DNA of 54,154 bases from Candidatus Tayloriibacteriota bacterium (GTDB lineage: Bacteria > Patescibacteriota > Minisyncoccia > Phycocordibacterales > CAIRYW01). The stretch lies in NCBI GenBank assembly GCA_029288615.1, contig JARIGV010000032.1, positions 1-54,154 on the forward strand. Reading direction: 5' to 3'. A program made the position numbers and the translations under genes. Of the stretch, positions 39,406 to 48,483 are shown piece after piece (the first letter of the stretch is position 1; each line of letters opens with the position of its first letter). Under the pieces are notes generated by a model. The model worked only from the letters and a program-made list of their open reading frames with translations, did no database searches and had not been told where the DNA came from.

Positions 39406-39477
39406 TTAAACAAATAATGTGCTATCTTAATGCCGAAAGTCAAATAAAATAGCACCTGATATAACCTTCAGATGCCT

Positions 39478-39669
39478 TTAGTGTACGAAAGAGCGTTCGA
39501 ATATGAATGCGAGGTAAACTCCAAGGCTCAGGACCAGAAACGCAAAAGCCAGGAGAAATCGACCAAGACGCCTGCGTTTATAAGCCACCTGACTTGGAAA
39601 TGCTTTATCGGCATATGAAATAAGATCAATGACCAAATTGCAGGTATCCATGCTCCGAAGATCAAACAA
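39478..39669 (-). CDS. Small hypothetical protein with C-terminal TM
   Basis: 63 aa; KRRR followed by a hydrophobic helix; start uncertain. Confidence 0.4.
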   Translation of the reverse strand: MFDLRSMDTCNLVIDLISYADKAFPSQVAYKRRRLGRFLLAFAFLVLSLGVYLAFIFERSFVH

Positions 39670-39695
39670 GGTACAAGGTATTCCATATAATTTAT

Positions 39696-40793
39696 ATGAA
39701 ACATCTAAAAAGTGATAATGTCAATAGAACAGTCTTTGTAGGCCTTTCGGGAGGTGTGGATTCTTCCGTGGCTGCATATTTACTCAAAAAGGAGGGATAT
39801 AAAGTCGTTGGTGCTTTTATAAAGACCTGGCAACCAGAATTTATTGATTGTACCTGGAAAGATGAAAGACGGGACGCGATGCGCGTTGCTGCACACCTTG
39901 AAATTCCTTTCGTCACAATCGATCTTGAAAAAGAATATAAAGAAGGTGTTGCGGACTATATGATCCGTGAATACAAAGCCGGCAGAACTCCAAACCCAGA
40001 TGTTATGTGCAATAAAGAGGTGAAGTTTGGTGCATTTCTAAATCGTGCACTTTCTATGGGAGCGGACTTTGTCGCAACCGGACATTACGCACAAATTGCC
40101 CGTCCGTCCAAGGGCAGACCTTGGACAAAAATGCTGCGCGCAGTCGATAATAGCAAGGAACAGAGCTATTTTTTGTGGACTCTTACAGAAAAACAACTCG
40201 AGAAAATCATCTTTCCGATAGGTGGTCTCAAAAAATCTGAGGTAAGGAAAATTGCACAGAAAGCCGGACTTCCGACTGCAGAGAAAAAAGACAGCCAAGG
40301 AATTTGCATGCTTGGTGATATCAGTATGAAAGATTTTCTCTCACATTATATTCCAAAGAAAAAAGGAAATGTTTTGAATGTGTCAGGTGAAGTGATTGGG
40401 ACGCATGACGGTGCACTTTTTTTTACAGTAGGAGAGCGACATGGATTTACAATTACAAAAAAGACATCTGAAGAGGAGAGACTCTACGTTATTTCAAAAG
40501 AGGCAAAGAAAAATACTATTGTTGTTGGCACATACGATGACCTCCAAAAAGAAATTGAGAAAAGCTCAAAAGATATCGCTCTTGAAAATTTTCACTGGAT
40601 AAACAGCGAGCCCGAAGAAGGAAAAACACATAATGCGCAGATACGTTATCATCAGGATTTTCAGAAAGTCACTCTCGAGAAAACAAAGCAGGGTTTCATA
40701 GCTCACTTTAAAAATCCACAGACGGCTGCATCCGGACAATCTGCCGTATTTTACGACGATGACGTCTGCCTTGGTGGTGGAATAATAAAATAG
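39696..40793 (+). CDS. mnmA: tRNA 2-thiouridylase MnmA
   Basis: SGGVDS, TPNPDVMCN, ATGHYA, QSYFL, KKDSQGIC, GQSAVFY. Confidence 0.96.
   Translation: MKHLKSDNVNRTVFVGLSGGVDSSVAAYLLKKEGYKVVGAFIKTWQPEFIDCTWKDERRDAMRVAAHLEIPFVTIDLEKEYKEGVADYMIREYKAGRTPNPDVMCNKEVKFGAFLNRALSMGADFVATGHYAQIARPSKGRPWTKMLRAVDNSKEQSYFLWTLTEKQLEKIIFPIGGLKKSEVRKIAQKAGLPTAEKKDSQGICMLGDISMKDFLSHYIPKKKGNVLNVSGEVIGTHDGALFFTVGERHGFTITKKTSEEERLYVISKEAKKNTIVVGTYDDLQKEIEKSSKDIALENFHWINSEPEEGKTHNAQIRYHQDFQKVTLEKTKQGFIAHFKNPQTAASGQSAVFYDDDVCLGGGIIK
40106..40126. repeat. Short palindrome inside the mnmA coding sequence
   Basis: GTCCAAGG-GCAGA-CCTTGGAC, perfect 8-bp arms. Confidence 0.55.
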
Positions 40794-40805
40794 TATAGTA
40801 ATTTC

Positions 40806-41021
40806 AGCATAAGGTTCTCTAATTCTCTGAGTAACACGCGAGGGACTGACAAAAATAAGAGGAAGGCCTCGTGGCCTAAAGCTAGTTGGTGAAAGATTAA
40901 GTAGCGCCTAGTGAACGCGGATCTTTGTTTCGTTTAGCGAAGCGGGTAACGGCCCCCCCCAAGGCTAAGATGGGTAGCTGCCTGTATGAGTTGCTGCAGT
41001 CGGCCAGAGAAAAGAAATGCT
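40806..41021 (+). ncRNA. Candidate structured non-coding RNA, family unassigned
   Basis: Upstream TTGGTG-17-TATAGT; 5'/3' pairing AGCAT/ATGCT, TTCTCTG/CAGAGAA, GACTG/CAGTC; internal hairpins; strong hairpin downstream. Confidence 0.55.
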
Positions 41022-41049
41022 ATAGCCACCAGGGAAACCTGGTGGCTAT
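41022..41049 (+). terminator. Strong hairpin closing the candidate ncRNA
   Basis: ATAGCCACCAGG-GAAA-CCTGGTGGCTAT, 12-bp perfect stem; weak U tract. Confidence 0.6.
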
Positions 41050-41077
41050 CCTATTAATTGATTGTTACAATACGCTC

Positions 41078-41341
41078 ATGAAAATAGAAACATTCCGAGA
41101 AAAAGTACTCTCCGTAGTAAAAAAGATCCCTAAAGGAAAGACAATGACCTACAAAGAAGTCGCTACAAAAGCCGGAAGACCTGGGGCTTCAAGAGCTGTG
41201 GGTACAATTATGGCGAAAAATGCTGATAAAAATGTTCCATGCCACCGGGTCATTCGCTCTGATGGAAAAATAGGGCAGTACAATGGCCTACAGGGTAAAG
41301 ACAAATTAGCACTTCTTAAAAAAGAAGGGGCTATCAAATAA
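41078..41341 (+). CDS. ogt: O6-methylguanine-DNA methyltransferase family protein (C-terminal domain only)
   Basis: IPKGKTMTY, ASRAVG, active-site PCHRV; real start 41078. Confidence 0.85.
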   Translation: MKIETFREKVLSVVKKIPKGKTMTYKEVATKAGRPGASRAVGTIMAKNADKNVPCHRVIRSDGKIGQYNGLQGKDKLALLKKEGAIK

Positions 41342-41356
41342 ACTTCAATAAATTTT

Positions 41357-41968
41357 ATGTCAGCAGATACTCCAGAACACAGAAAGGAGCTTCTCAAGCA
41401 GATCAAAGATGAGGTGGTAGAACTTAAAAATTCACCACTTTATGATTTTCGTATTGAAAACAACAGCTATCCTGTCATCGGCGAAGGAGATCATTTTGCA
41501 AAAATAATGTTTGTCGGTGAAGCACCAGGAAAAAACGAAGCAAAAACAGGAAAGCCATTTTGTGGTGCTGCAGGAAAAATACTCGATGAACTTTTACAGA
41601 GTGTGGGTATTGAAAGAAAAGATATTTACATTACAAACATTGTAAAAGATCGTCCACCACAAAACCGCGATCCACTTCCAGAAGAAATAAAAATTTACGG
41701 ACCATTTCTCGACAGACAAATCGAGATTATAAAGCCACAGATCATCGCAGGACTTGGACGCTTTTCAAGTGTATATGTAATGGAGAAATTTGGCCTTCTT
41801 CTTGATATCGAGCCAATTTCACAAATGCATGGAAAGACATACAAGACAGAAGCAAGCTATGGAAAAGTAAAAATACTTCCTCTCTATCATCCCGCCGCGG
41901 CAATCTACAACCAACATCTCAAAGACACACTCAAAAAAGATTTCTCTGCACTCAAAGATTTAAAATAA
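41357..41968 (+). CDS. Uracil-DNA glycosylase family 4 lacking Fe-S cysteines
   Basis: GEAPG..E, PF.G.AG, TNIVK.RPP.NR.P, YHPAA. Confidence 0.9.
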   Translation: MSADTPEHRKELLKQIKDEVVELKNSPLYDFRIENNSYPVIGEGDHFAKIMFVGEAPGKNEAKTGKPFCGAAGKILDELLQSVGIERKDIYITNIVKDRPPQNRDPLPEEIKIYGPFLDRQIEIIKPQIIAGLGRFSSVYVMEKFGLLLDIEPISQMHGKTYKTEASYGKVKILPLYHPAAAIYNQHLKDTLKKDFSALKDLK

Positions 41969-42008
41969 TTTTATTTCATTGAACAGCAATTTGTGCTAGA
42001 TTAAGCCC

Positions 42009-43856
42009 ATGAATTCAGAAGAAATCCGCAGTAAATATCTAAAATATTTTGAAAATAAAGGGCACACTATCGTCCCTTCCGGACTTCTCGTACCTGAAAA
42101 TGATCCAACAACACTCTTTACTGGCTCTGGCATGCAGCCGATGCTTCCATATCTTTTGGGACAGACTCATCCGCTCGGCACACGTATCGTCGACTCACAA
42201 AAATCTTTTCGAACAGGAGATATTGAAGATGTAGGCGACAATCGCCACACTACTTTTTTTGAAATGCTCGGCAACTGGTCTTTCGGTGATTATTTCCAGG
42301 AAGAGCAGCTCACTTGGGTTTTTGATTTTCTCATTAATGAAATCAAACTCGATCCAAAGAAAATTTTCGTCACAGTTTTTGCAGGTGATGAAGAAAACGG
42401 ACTTCCGCGAGACACAAAAGCATGCGAACTTTGGCAAAAACTCTTTGCTCTGAAAGGAATTGAAGCAAAAGATGTCGTTCTCGACACAGAAGAAAACGGC
42501 GCAAAGCTCGGTATGCAAGGCGGCAAAATCTTTTATTATGGAGCAAAAAACTGGTGGTCACGCGCAGGAACTCCAGAAAAAATGCCAATAGGCGAGCCAG
42601 GTGGACCAGATTCAGAAATCTTTTATGAATTCGATTTCATCCCTCACGATCCAAAATACGGAGAAAACTGCCATCCTAACTGCGACTGCGGTCGCTATAT
42701 GGAAATTGGAAACTCTGTTTTTATGCAGTATGTAAAAGTTGCTGACAAAAAATTTGAACTTCTTCCAAAGAAAAATATTGACTTCGGTGGGGGATTTGAA
42801 CGAATTGCTGCAGCAGCAATTAATAGCTCCGACGTTTTCGAAATTGATATCTTCAAAGGCATTATCAAAACACTTGAGAGACTCTCAGGAAAGACATACA
42901 AAGACTCACAATACACCCGTTCGATGCGAATCGTTGCAGATCATGTGCGAGCAGCAACATTTCTCATTGGAGATGGAGTAAATCCTTCAAACATTGACCG
43001 AGGATACTTTGTACGCCGACTTCTTCGCCGTGCAATTCGCGTCTGGGACACATTGGGTATTCCAAATGCTGGAATCGGCGAACTTGTAGAACCTCTTCTC
43101 ACTTTCTACAAGACCGCATATCCTGAAACATGGGAGAAAAGAGCCGAAATTAAATCTGAAATCGACAAAGAAGAAAATAAATTCCGCCAGACACTTGAAA
43201 AGGGTATGAGAGAATTTGAAAAAGGCACAGATCCATTCATCCTTTTTACTTCATACGGTTTTCCTATCGAACTCACTGAAGAAATTGCAAAAGAAAAGGG
43301 AGTTACAATTGATCGAAATAAATTTGAGGAAGAATTTAAAAAGCATCAGGAGCTTTCTCGCGCTGGTGCAGAGAAAAAATTCAAAGGCGGACTTGGTGAC
43401 ACGAGTGATAAGTCACTTCAGTACCACACAGCCACACATCTTCTCCAGCAGGCACTTCGCGATGTTCTTGGAAATGAAGTTGGGCAAAAAGGAAGCAATA
43501 TCACACCGGAGAGACTTCGTTTTGACTTCACATTTTCTCGAAAAATGACAGATGAGGAAAAGAAAAGAGTAGAAGATATCGTCAATGAAAAAATAAAAGC
43601 TTCTCTTCCTGTTGAAGTGGTCACTTTGCCAAAAGAAGAAGCAGAAAAAACAGGGGCAATTCATTTCTTTGGTGAAAAATATCCTGATATGGTGACTGTC
43701 TACTACATTGGAAATGATCTCAACTCTGCATACTCAAAAGAATTCTGCGGTGGACCTCATGTAAAAAACACCGAAGAACTTAAAGGTAGATTCAAGATCC
43801 AGAAAGAAGAAGCTGTCTCTGCAGGCGTTCGACGCATCAAAGCTGTTCTCGAATAA
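42009..43856 (+). CDS. alaS: Alanine--tRNA ligase (short form without C-Ala domain)
   Basis: DPTTLFT, RHTTFFEMLGNWSFGDYF, ADHVR, editing HTATH and CGGPH, ends GVRRIKA. Confidence 0.95.
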   Translation: MNSEEIRSKYLKYFENKGHTIVPSGLLVPENDPTTLFTGSGMQPMLPYLLGQTHPLGTRIVDSQKSFRTGDIEDVGDNRHTTFFEMLGNWSFGDYFQEEQLTWVFDFLINEIKLDPKKIFVTVFAGDEENGLPRDTKACELWQKLFALKGIEAKDVVLDTEENGAKLGMQGGKIFYYGAKNWWSRAGTPEKMPIGEPGGPDSEIFYEFDFIPHDPKYGENCHPNCDCGRYMEIGNSVFMQYVKVADKKFELLPKKNIDFGGGFERIAAAAINSSDVFEIDIFKGIIKTLERLSGKTYKDSQYTRSMRIVADHVRAATFLIGDGVNPSNIDRGYFVRRLLRRAIRVWDTLGIPNAGIGELVEPLLTFYKTAYPETWEKRAEIKSEIDKEENKFRQTLEKGMREFEKGTDPFILFTSYGFPIELTEEIAKEKGVTIDRNKFEEEFKKHQELSRAGAEKKFKGGLGDTSDKSLQYHTATHLLQQALRDVLGNEVGQKGSNITPERLRFDFTFSRKMTDEEKKRVEDIVNEKIKASLPVEVVTLPKEEAEKTGAIHFFGEKYPDMVTVYYIGNDLNSAYSKEFCGGPHVKNTEELKGRFKIQKEEAVSAGVRRIKAVLE

Positions 43857-43913
43857 AATTCTCCAGAGACTCACTTGGATTTTATTTTCTGATTGTCTTA
43901 CAATGAGAGAGTC

Positions 43914-45071
43914 ATGTTCGACTTTCTTCGAAAGAAAAGTAATAAAGATGAAATAGTTTTTACTTTCGTTATTGAAAGTGGAAAAGTGTTATCTGCAATC
44001 ATCTCACATACTCCTGGTAAAAAACCTGAGATTCTTTACACTCACAAAGAATCAATTACATATCAGCAAGATGTAAACCCTGAACGACTTGAAAATCTCA
44101 TGCTTGAGAGCGTGAAGATGTCTGGCGACGTCCTTGCAAGAGAAGGTTATAAAAATATTTCACAAGGCAGCCGCCGAAGGAAAATAGCTGTATTTCTTGG
44201 CTCTCCTTGGTATGCGCCAATTCGAGGTGTTGCAAAAGTCACAAAAGACAAGCCATTTCTTATAAAAGAAAAAATGATTGAGGATACTGTGCGAGAAAAT
44301 TTTTCTTTAAGTCACAAAGATGCGGTCATTATTGAGCAGAAAATAATAACGGTGCGTGGTAATGGATATCGACTCGATAATCCGATCGGCAAAAAGGCGA
44401 GTGCCCTTGATATAGAATTCATTTCAAATGCTTCGTCTAAAAAAATTATTTCAGATATCGAAGAGATGATTCATGTGACGCTTCCTGTGCTTCCAATTAC
44501 ATTTCATACAACCATCTCAAGTATTTTTCCTTCGGCACTAGCAGCAATAAACAAGAAAAATTTCCTTCTTTTTCTTCCTGAGCATGAGATTTCAGATATT
44601 GTTCTTGCAAGAGAAGGGAATTTTGTAGCAAACATCTCAATTCCTTATGGCAAACACGCTCCCGTTCGTGCTATTGCCGCAGCATTCCACACAAGCAAGG
44701 AAGAAGCACACTCACTTCTCATGCTCTATCTTTCAAAAAAACTTGAGACTGAGAAAATGGAGCAAATAGATGAGCTTTTGAAGCTTATTAAGGCAAAATT
44801 TCAGGAAGTTTTGCGTGAAAGTCTCTGGAAACTTTCAACAACCGTCTTTTTACCAAGCGATATTGTAGTAGCTGATGCTCATCCGATTTCAAAACTTCTA
44901 GGCCTTTGGATTCAAACAGAAGAGTTTAGTGAGAAAACACTTACATCAAAAAATTTTGCTGTGCATTTTCTTGAAAATAATGATGTAGAGAAGGCTGTTA
45001 CTGTCCCGCTTGGTGTTACGTATCGAAATCCACTCCTTCTTTCAACAGCTTTGTACAACCAGTCTTTGTAA
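43914..45071 (+). CDS. Hypothetical protein, degenerate FtsA/actin-like fold
   Basis: Beta-rich N-terminus, NGY..DNP.GK segment, SIPYG motif; ATP-binding motifs degenerate. Confidence 0.5.
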   Translation: MFDFLRKKSNKDEIVFTFVIESGKVLSAIISHTPGKKPEILYTHKESITYQQDVNPERLENLMLESVKMSGDVLAREGYKNISQGSRRRKIAVFLGSPWYAPIRGVAKVTKDKPFLIKEKMIEDTVRENFSLSHKDAVIIEQKIITVRGNGYRLDNPIGKKASALDIEFISNASSKKIISDIEEMIHVTLPVLPITFHTTISSIFPSALAAINKKNFLLFLPEHEISDIVLAREGNFVANISIPYGKHAPVRAIAAAFHTSKEEAHSLLMLYLSKKLETEKMEQIDELLKLIKAKFQEVLRESLWKLSTTVFLPSDIVVADAHPISKLLGLWIQTEEFSEKTLTSKNFAVHFLENNDVEKAVTVPLGVTYRNPLLLSTALYNQSL

Positions 45072-45101
45072 ATCTCATAAAAAGTTTTACAATAGTAGGT
45101 A

Positions 45102-46463
45102 ATGGCACGAAAAAATATTTTTCACGATATTATCCCACCCGAAAAAAGATCAATCAGAAATCTCGCGCTGCCTTCTGACAAAGAAAAAAAAGAAATAGAT
45201 AAGAAAGAAAAAGAAGACCTTAAAGTTACCGCAAAAGACAGAGTACGAGAGAAAGAAAATGAAGAGGTAGTTCGCAAAGTAAATCTTAAAACCATTCCAG
45301 AAAAAGAGAGAGTTACAGAGGCTCCGGAGAGGACTTCAGGAAGAAACTGGGGGGATAAACCTCGCTCAGGCAGAAAAGTCTGGGTCATTACACTTATATG
45401 CCTTATTGCTCTTGCAAGTGCAATCGCTTTTCTTATTTCAAAAGCAACAGTCACTGTCACAATCAAATCATTCACCATCACTCTCGATGATGATATTTCA
45501 GCAACTCAAAATGATAAAGGTCTCACATATTCATCAATCGCTCTTACAGATACTGGCTCACTTGATGTCACATCATCAACAACAAAAAAAGTACTTTCTA
45601 CCGCAGCAGGTACTGTGGTGATCTACAACAACCAAGCAACATCACAAAAACTCATTGCCGGAACACGACTTGAAACTCCGGGAGGTCTTATTTATAAAAC
45701 TGACGCAGCAGTGACAATCCCTGCACGCACTGGTTCTGGTAGCAAAACAACACCCGGGAGTGTTTCTGTAAAAGTGCATGCAGAAGCAGCAGGACCTAAA
45801 TACAATATCGGTCTTAATGATTTTACTTTGCCTGCATTTAAAGGTGATCCTCGTTACCAAAATATCTACGGGCGATCGAAAACAGAGATGACGGGTGGCG
45901 CAGAAGGTAATGTGCCTGTACTTTCTGATGCTGACGCTTCAACAACAAGGTCTTCGATTGAAAAAACACTCGGCTCAAAGCTTCTTTCAGAAGCAACCGC
46001 TCAAGTGCCAGCAGATTTTGTACTCTTTAATAGTGCAAACGTCATTACATATTCTGATTTGCCAGCAGAAACAAATGGTGACAAGGCCACAATAAAAGAA
46101 CAAGGATCTTTTAAAGGTTACATTTTCAAAAAATCTGATCTTGCAACATATCTTGGCACACTTAAAGACGAGCCAATAAAGGGTGATGTGCCGCTTACAA
46201 TCGACGCTTCAAATCTCACGATTTCAAATATCTCTGAAGCGAACGATACGCTTAAGTTCCACGCAAAGGGCACGATTAAAGTTTCCTACATTCTTGATAC
46301 CGAAACTTTGAAGAAAGATTTGGAAGGAAAGAACAAAACTGAGGCAATACAAGTGTTTGAAAAGTACCCAGCGATCGATACTGCTAAGATTAGTATCACT
46401 CCATTGTGGTGGATTCCTGAAAATGCCGACAAAATTGAGGTAAAAACCAACGAAAGCAATTGA
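45102..46463 (+). CDS. Membrane-anchored baseplate-J-like domain protein
   Basis: Charged N-terminus, one TM, GTVVIYN, GTRL...G..Y.T, V.A...G..YNI, MTGG. Confidence 0.6.
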   Translation: MARKNIFHDIIPPEKRSIRNLALPSDKEKKEIDKKEKEDLKVTAKDRVREKENEEVVRKVNLKTIPEKERVTEAPERTSGRNWGDKPRSGRKVWVITLICLIALASAIAFLISKATVTVTIKSFTITLDDDISATQNDKGLTYSSIALTDTGSLDVTSSTTKKVLSTAAGTVVIYNNQATSQKLIAGTRLETPGGLIYKTDAAVTIPARTGSGSKTTPGSVSVKVHAEAAGPKYNIGLNDFTLPAFKGDPRYQNIYGRSKTEMTGGAEGNVPVLSDADASTTRSSIEKTLGSKLLSEATAQVPADFVLFNSANVITYSDLPAETNGDKATIKEQGSFKGYIFKKSDLATYLGTLKDEPIKGDVPLTIDASNLTISNISEANDTLKFHAKGTIKVSYILDTETLKKDLEGKNKTEAIQVFEKYPAIDTAKISITPLWWIPENADKIEVKTNESN

Positions 46464-46500
46464 CCAATGAAAATTGGGCTGCTATAATTTCCCTTACTTA

Positions 46501-46713
46501 ATGAGCAAAGAAAACGTAGAGAAAAAGTCAGGCGTCGTCACAGAAGCACTTCCTAACACGATGTTTCGCGTGAAGATGGAAGATGATAGTGAAATCCTCG
46601 CGTTTCTTTCTGGAAAAATGAGGCTCAACAGGATCCGCGTGCTCATAGGGGATCGCGTAGAGATGGAGATGGACCCCTACGGAGGAAAAGCCCGCATAAC
46701 AAGGCGTTTTTAG
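46501..46713 (+). CDS. infA: Translation initiation factor IF-1
   Basis: [27 protein letters not shown]. Confidence 0.95.
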   Translation: MSKENVEKKSGVVTEALPNTMFRVKMEDDSEILAFLSGKMRLNRIRVLIGDRVEMEMDPYGGKARITRRF

Positions 46714-46789
46714 GGAACTCAAAAAGCCCGAGAAATCCCCTTTACTTATAAAAGGGAATATAGTATATTACTCGTCACTTTACATATAC

Positions 46790-46906
46790 ATGAAAGTCAA
46801 AGCATCAGTTAAAAAAATGTGTCCGCAGTGCAAGACCGTCCGAAGAGGCGGTTATGTTCGTGTGATCTGCAAAGCTGACAAAAGACACAAGCAGCGACAG
46901 GGCTAA
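46790..46906 (+). CDS. rpmJ: 50S ribosomal protein L36 (absent from the ORF track)
   Basis: [38 protein letters not shown]. Confidence 0.97.
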   Translation: MKVKASVKKMCPQCKTVRRGGYVRVICKADKRHKQRQG

Positions 46907-46937
46907 TAGACATACATAAAGATAATTTAAACATCAA

Positions 46938-47315
46938 ATGAGAATTCTAGGTATTACAGTTCCAGACGAAAAGCGACTCGAGATTGCTCTCACTGCTATT
47001 TACGGTATCGGACGAAACAGAGCACACACAATTCTCGATGATGCGAAGGTTCCATACGGAAAGAAGGCAAAGGAACTCTCAACTGAGGAAGAGAATGAGA
47101 TCCGAAAATTCGTTGAGGGATACAAGCTCGAAGGAGAACTCAAGCGAGAAGTAGGAGCAAACATCAAACGTCTCAAAGATATCAAATGCTACAGAGGAAC
47201 TCGACACGCAAGACGACTCCCTGCAAGAGGTCAGAGAACAAAGACAAACGCACGAACACTCAAGGGTCCTAAGAAGACTATGGGTAGCGGACGAAAGAAG
47301 GTAGAGAAGAAATAA
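46938..47315 (+). CDS. rpsM: 30S ribosomal protein S13
   Basis: IALTAIYGIG, YRG.RH, RGQRTKTNART. Confidence 0.97.
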   Translation: MRILGITVPDEKRLEIALTAIYGIGRNRAHTILDDAKVPYGKKAKELSTEEENEIRKFVEGYKLEGELKREVGANIKRLKDIKCYRGTRHARRLPARGQRTKTNARTLKGPKKTMGSGRKKVEKK

Positions 47316-47344
47316 AAGTAGACTGAAAGACCAACACAAAAACA

Positions 47345-47776
47345 ATGGGAAAGAAAAAAATCGTAACAAAAGGATCAGAAAACAAGGATGAATCAAAATC
47401 TGGAGCAAATTCTCTTTCAAAGAAGAGAGTTGATGTTGGTATTCTTTCTGTTCAGTCTACATACAACAACACAAAGGTTCTTCTTACGGATGCTAAAGGC
47501 AACGCTCTTGCATGGAGCTCAAGCGGTAGCCTCGGCTTCAAAGGAGCAAAGAAAGGAACACCTTTCGCTGCTGCAAAAGTAGGAGAAATCGTTGGCGCAA
47601 AGGCTCAGGCTATGGGTATGCGAGCAATTTCAGTGGTTGTTAAAGGAGTAGGGTCAGGACGTGAGTCTTCGATCCGCGGTTTTATTTCTAAAGGAGCATT
47701 TGAAGTAACATCAATCAAAGATGCGACACCTGTTCCTCACAATGGACCTCGACCACCTAAGCCTCGACGAGTATAA
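47345..47776 (+). CDS. rpsK: 30S ribosomal protein S11
   Basis: STYNNT, GFKGAKKGTPFAA, PHNG.RP.K.RRV. Confidence 0.97.
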   Translation: MGKKKIVTKGSENKDESKSGANSLSKKRVDVGILSVQSTYNNTKVLLTDAKGNALAWSSSGSLGFKGAKKGTPFAAAKVGEIVGAKAQAMGMRAISVVVKGVGSGRESSIRGFISKGAFEVTSIKDATPVPHNGPRPPKPRRV

Positions 47777-47801
47777 AGCAATCTAAATACTGTTTAAATA
47801 T

Positions 47802-48404
47802 ATGAAAATCGGCCCAAAATACAAAATCGCACGACGACTTAACGCAGGAATCTTTGAGAAAACTCAAACAGCTAAATTCGCAGCTTCAAAAGAGCGACGA
47901 AAGGAGCGAGGAGGAAAGCCAAAGAGCGCTTTTGGTATGCAGATGAATGAGAAGCAAAAGGCTCGTCTCACATACGGTATTACAGAGAAGCAGTTTAAGA
48001 ACTACGTAAAGAGAGTTCTCGAAGAGGGAATTGGAAATCAGAACGATGCGCTTTTTGAAGCTCTTGAAACTCGTCTCGATAACGTCGTTTACCGCCTAGG
48101 ATTTGCAACGACACGAAGAGGAGCACGACAGATGGTTTCTCACGGACACATCAAGGTCAATGGAAAGAGAGTTACTGTGCCATCTTTCCGAGTCGCCAAA
48201 GGAGATAAGGTGACGATTCGAAAAGAAAGCGAAGGAAAGGCACTCTACCGAGATCTCGATGAGAGAATCAAAACCGTTTCAACACCAACTTGGATTGCTT
48301 TTGACATAAAGTCAAAGGAGGCGACAATTCAGGGTGCACCGAAGGCTGTTCCAGCGGAACTTCTTTTCGATCTTGGTGCTATATTCGAATATTATCGACG
48401 ATAA
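47802..48404 (+). CDS. rpsD: 30S ribosomal protein S4
   Basis: EKQK, LETRLDNVVYRLG, ARQMVSHGH, EYY. Confidence 0.97.
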   Translation: MKIGPKYKIARRLNAGIFEKTQTAKFAASKERRKERGGKPKSAFGMQMNEKQKARLTYGITEKQFKNYVKRVLEEGIGNQNDALFEALETRLDNVVYRLGFATTRRGARQMVSHGHIKVNGKRVTVPSFRVAKGDKVTIRKESEGKALYRDLDERIKTVSTPTWIAFDIKSKEATIQGAPKAVPAELLFDLGAIFEYYRR

Positions 48405-48483
48405 AAGACCCATATTTGCGTAAATCTCGAAAATGGGTTATAATTTTGCGCATATTTTAAAAAAGTAATTAAAGAGCAATATC

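Noticed and set aside
40806-41021. RNase P RNA, tmRNA or SRP RNA
   Set aside because: GAGGAAGGCC and GGGTAGCTGC are only loosely RNase P-like and the P4 3' strand is missing; no tRNA-like ends, tag ORF or SRP GGAA loop motif.
40925-41077. N-terminal extension of the MGMT ORF
   Set aside because: Overlaps the structured RNA and hairpin; the ATG at 41078 has its own -10 box.
45102-46463. Prophage or contractile injection system
   Set aside because: Isolated J-like gene with a TM anchor; no sheath, tube, spike or capsid genes nearby.
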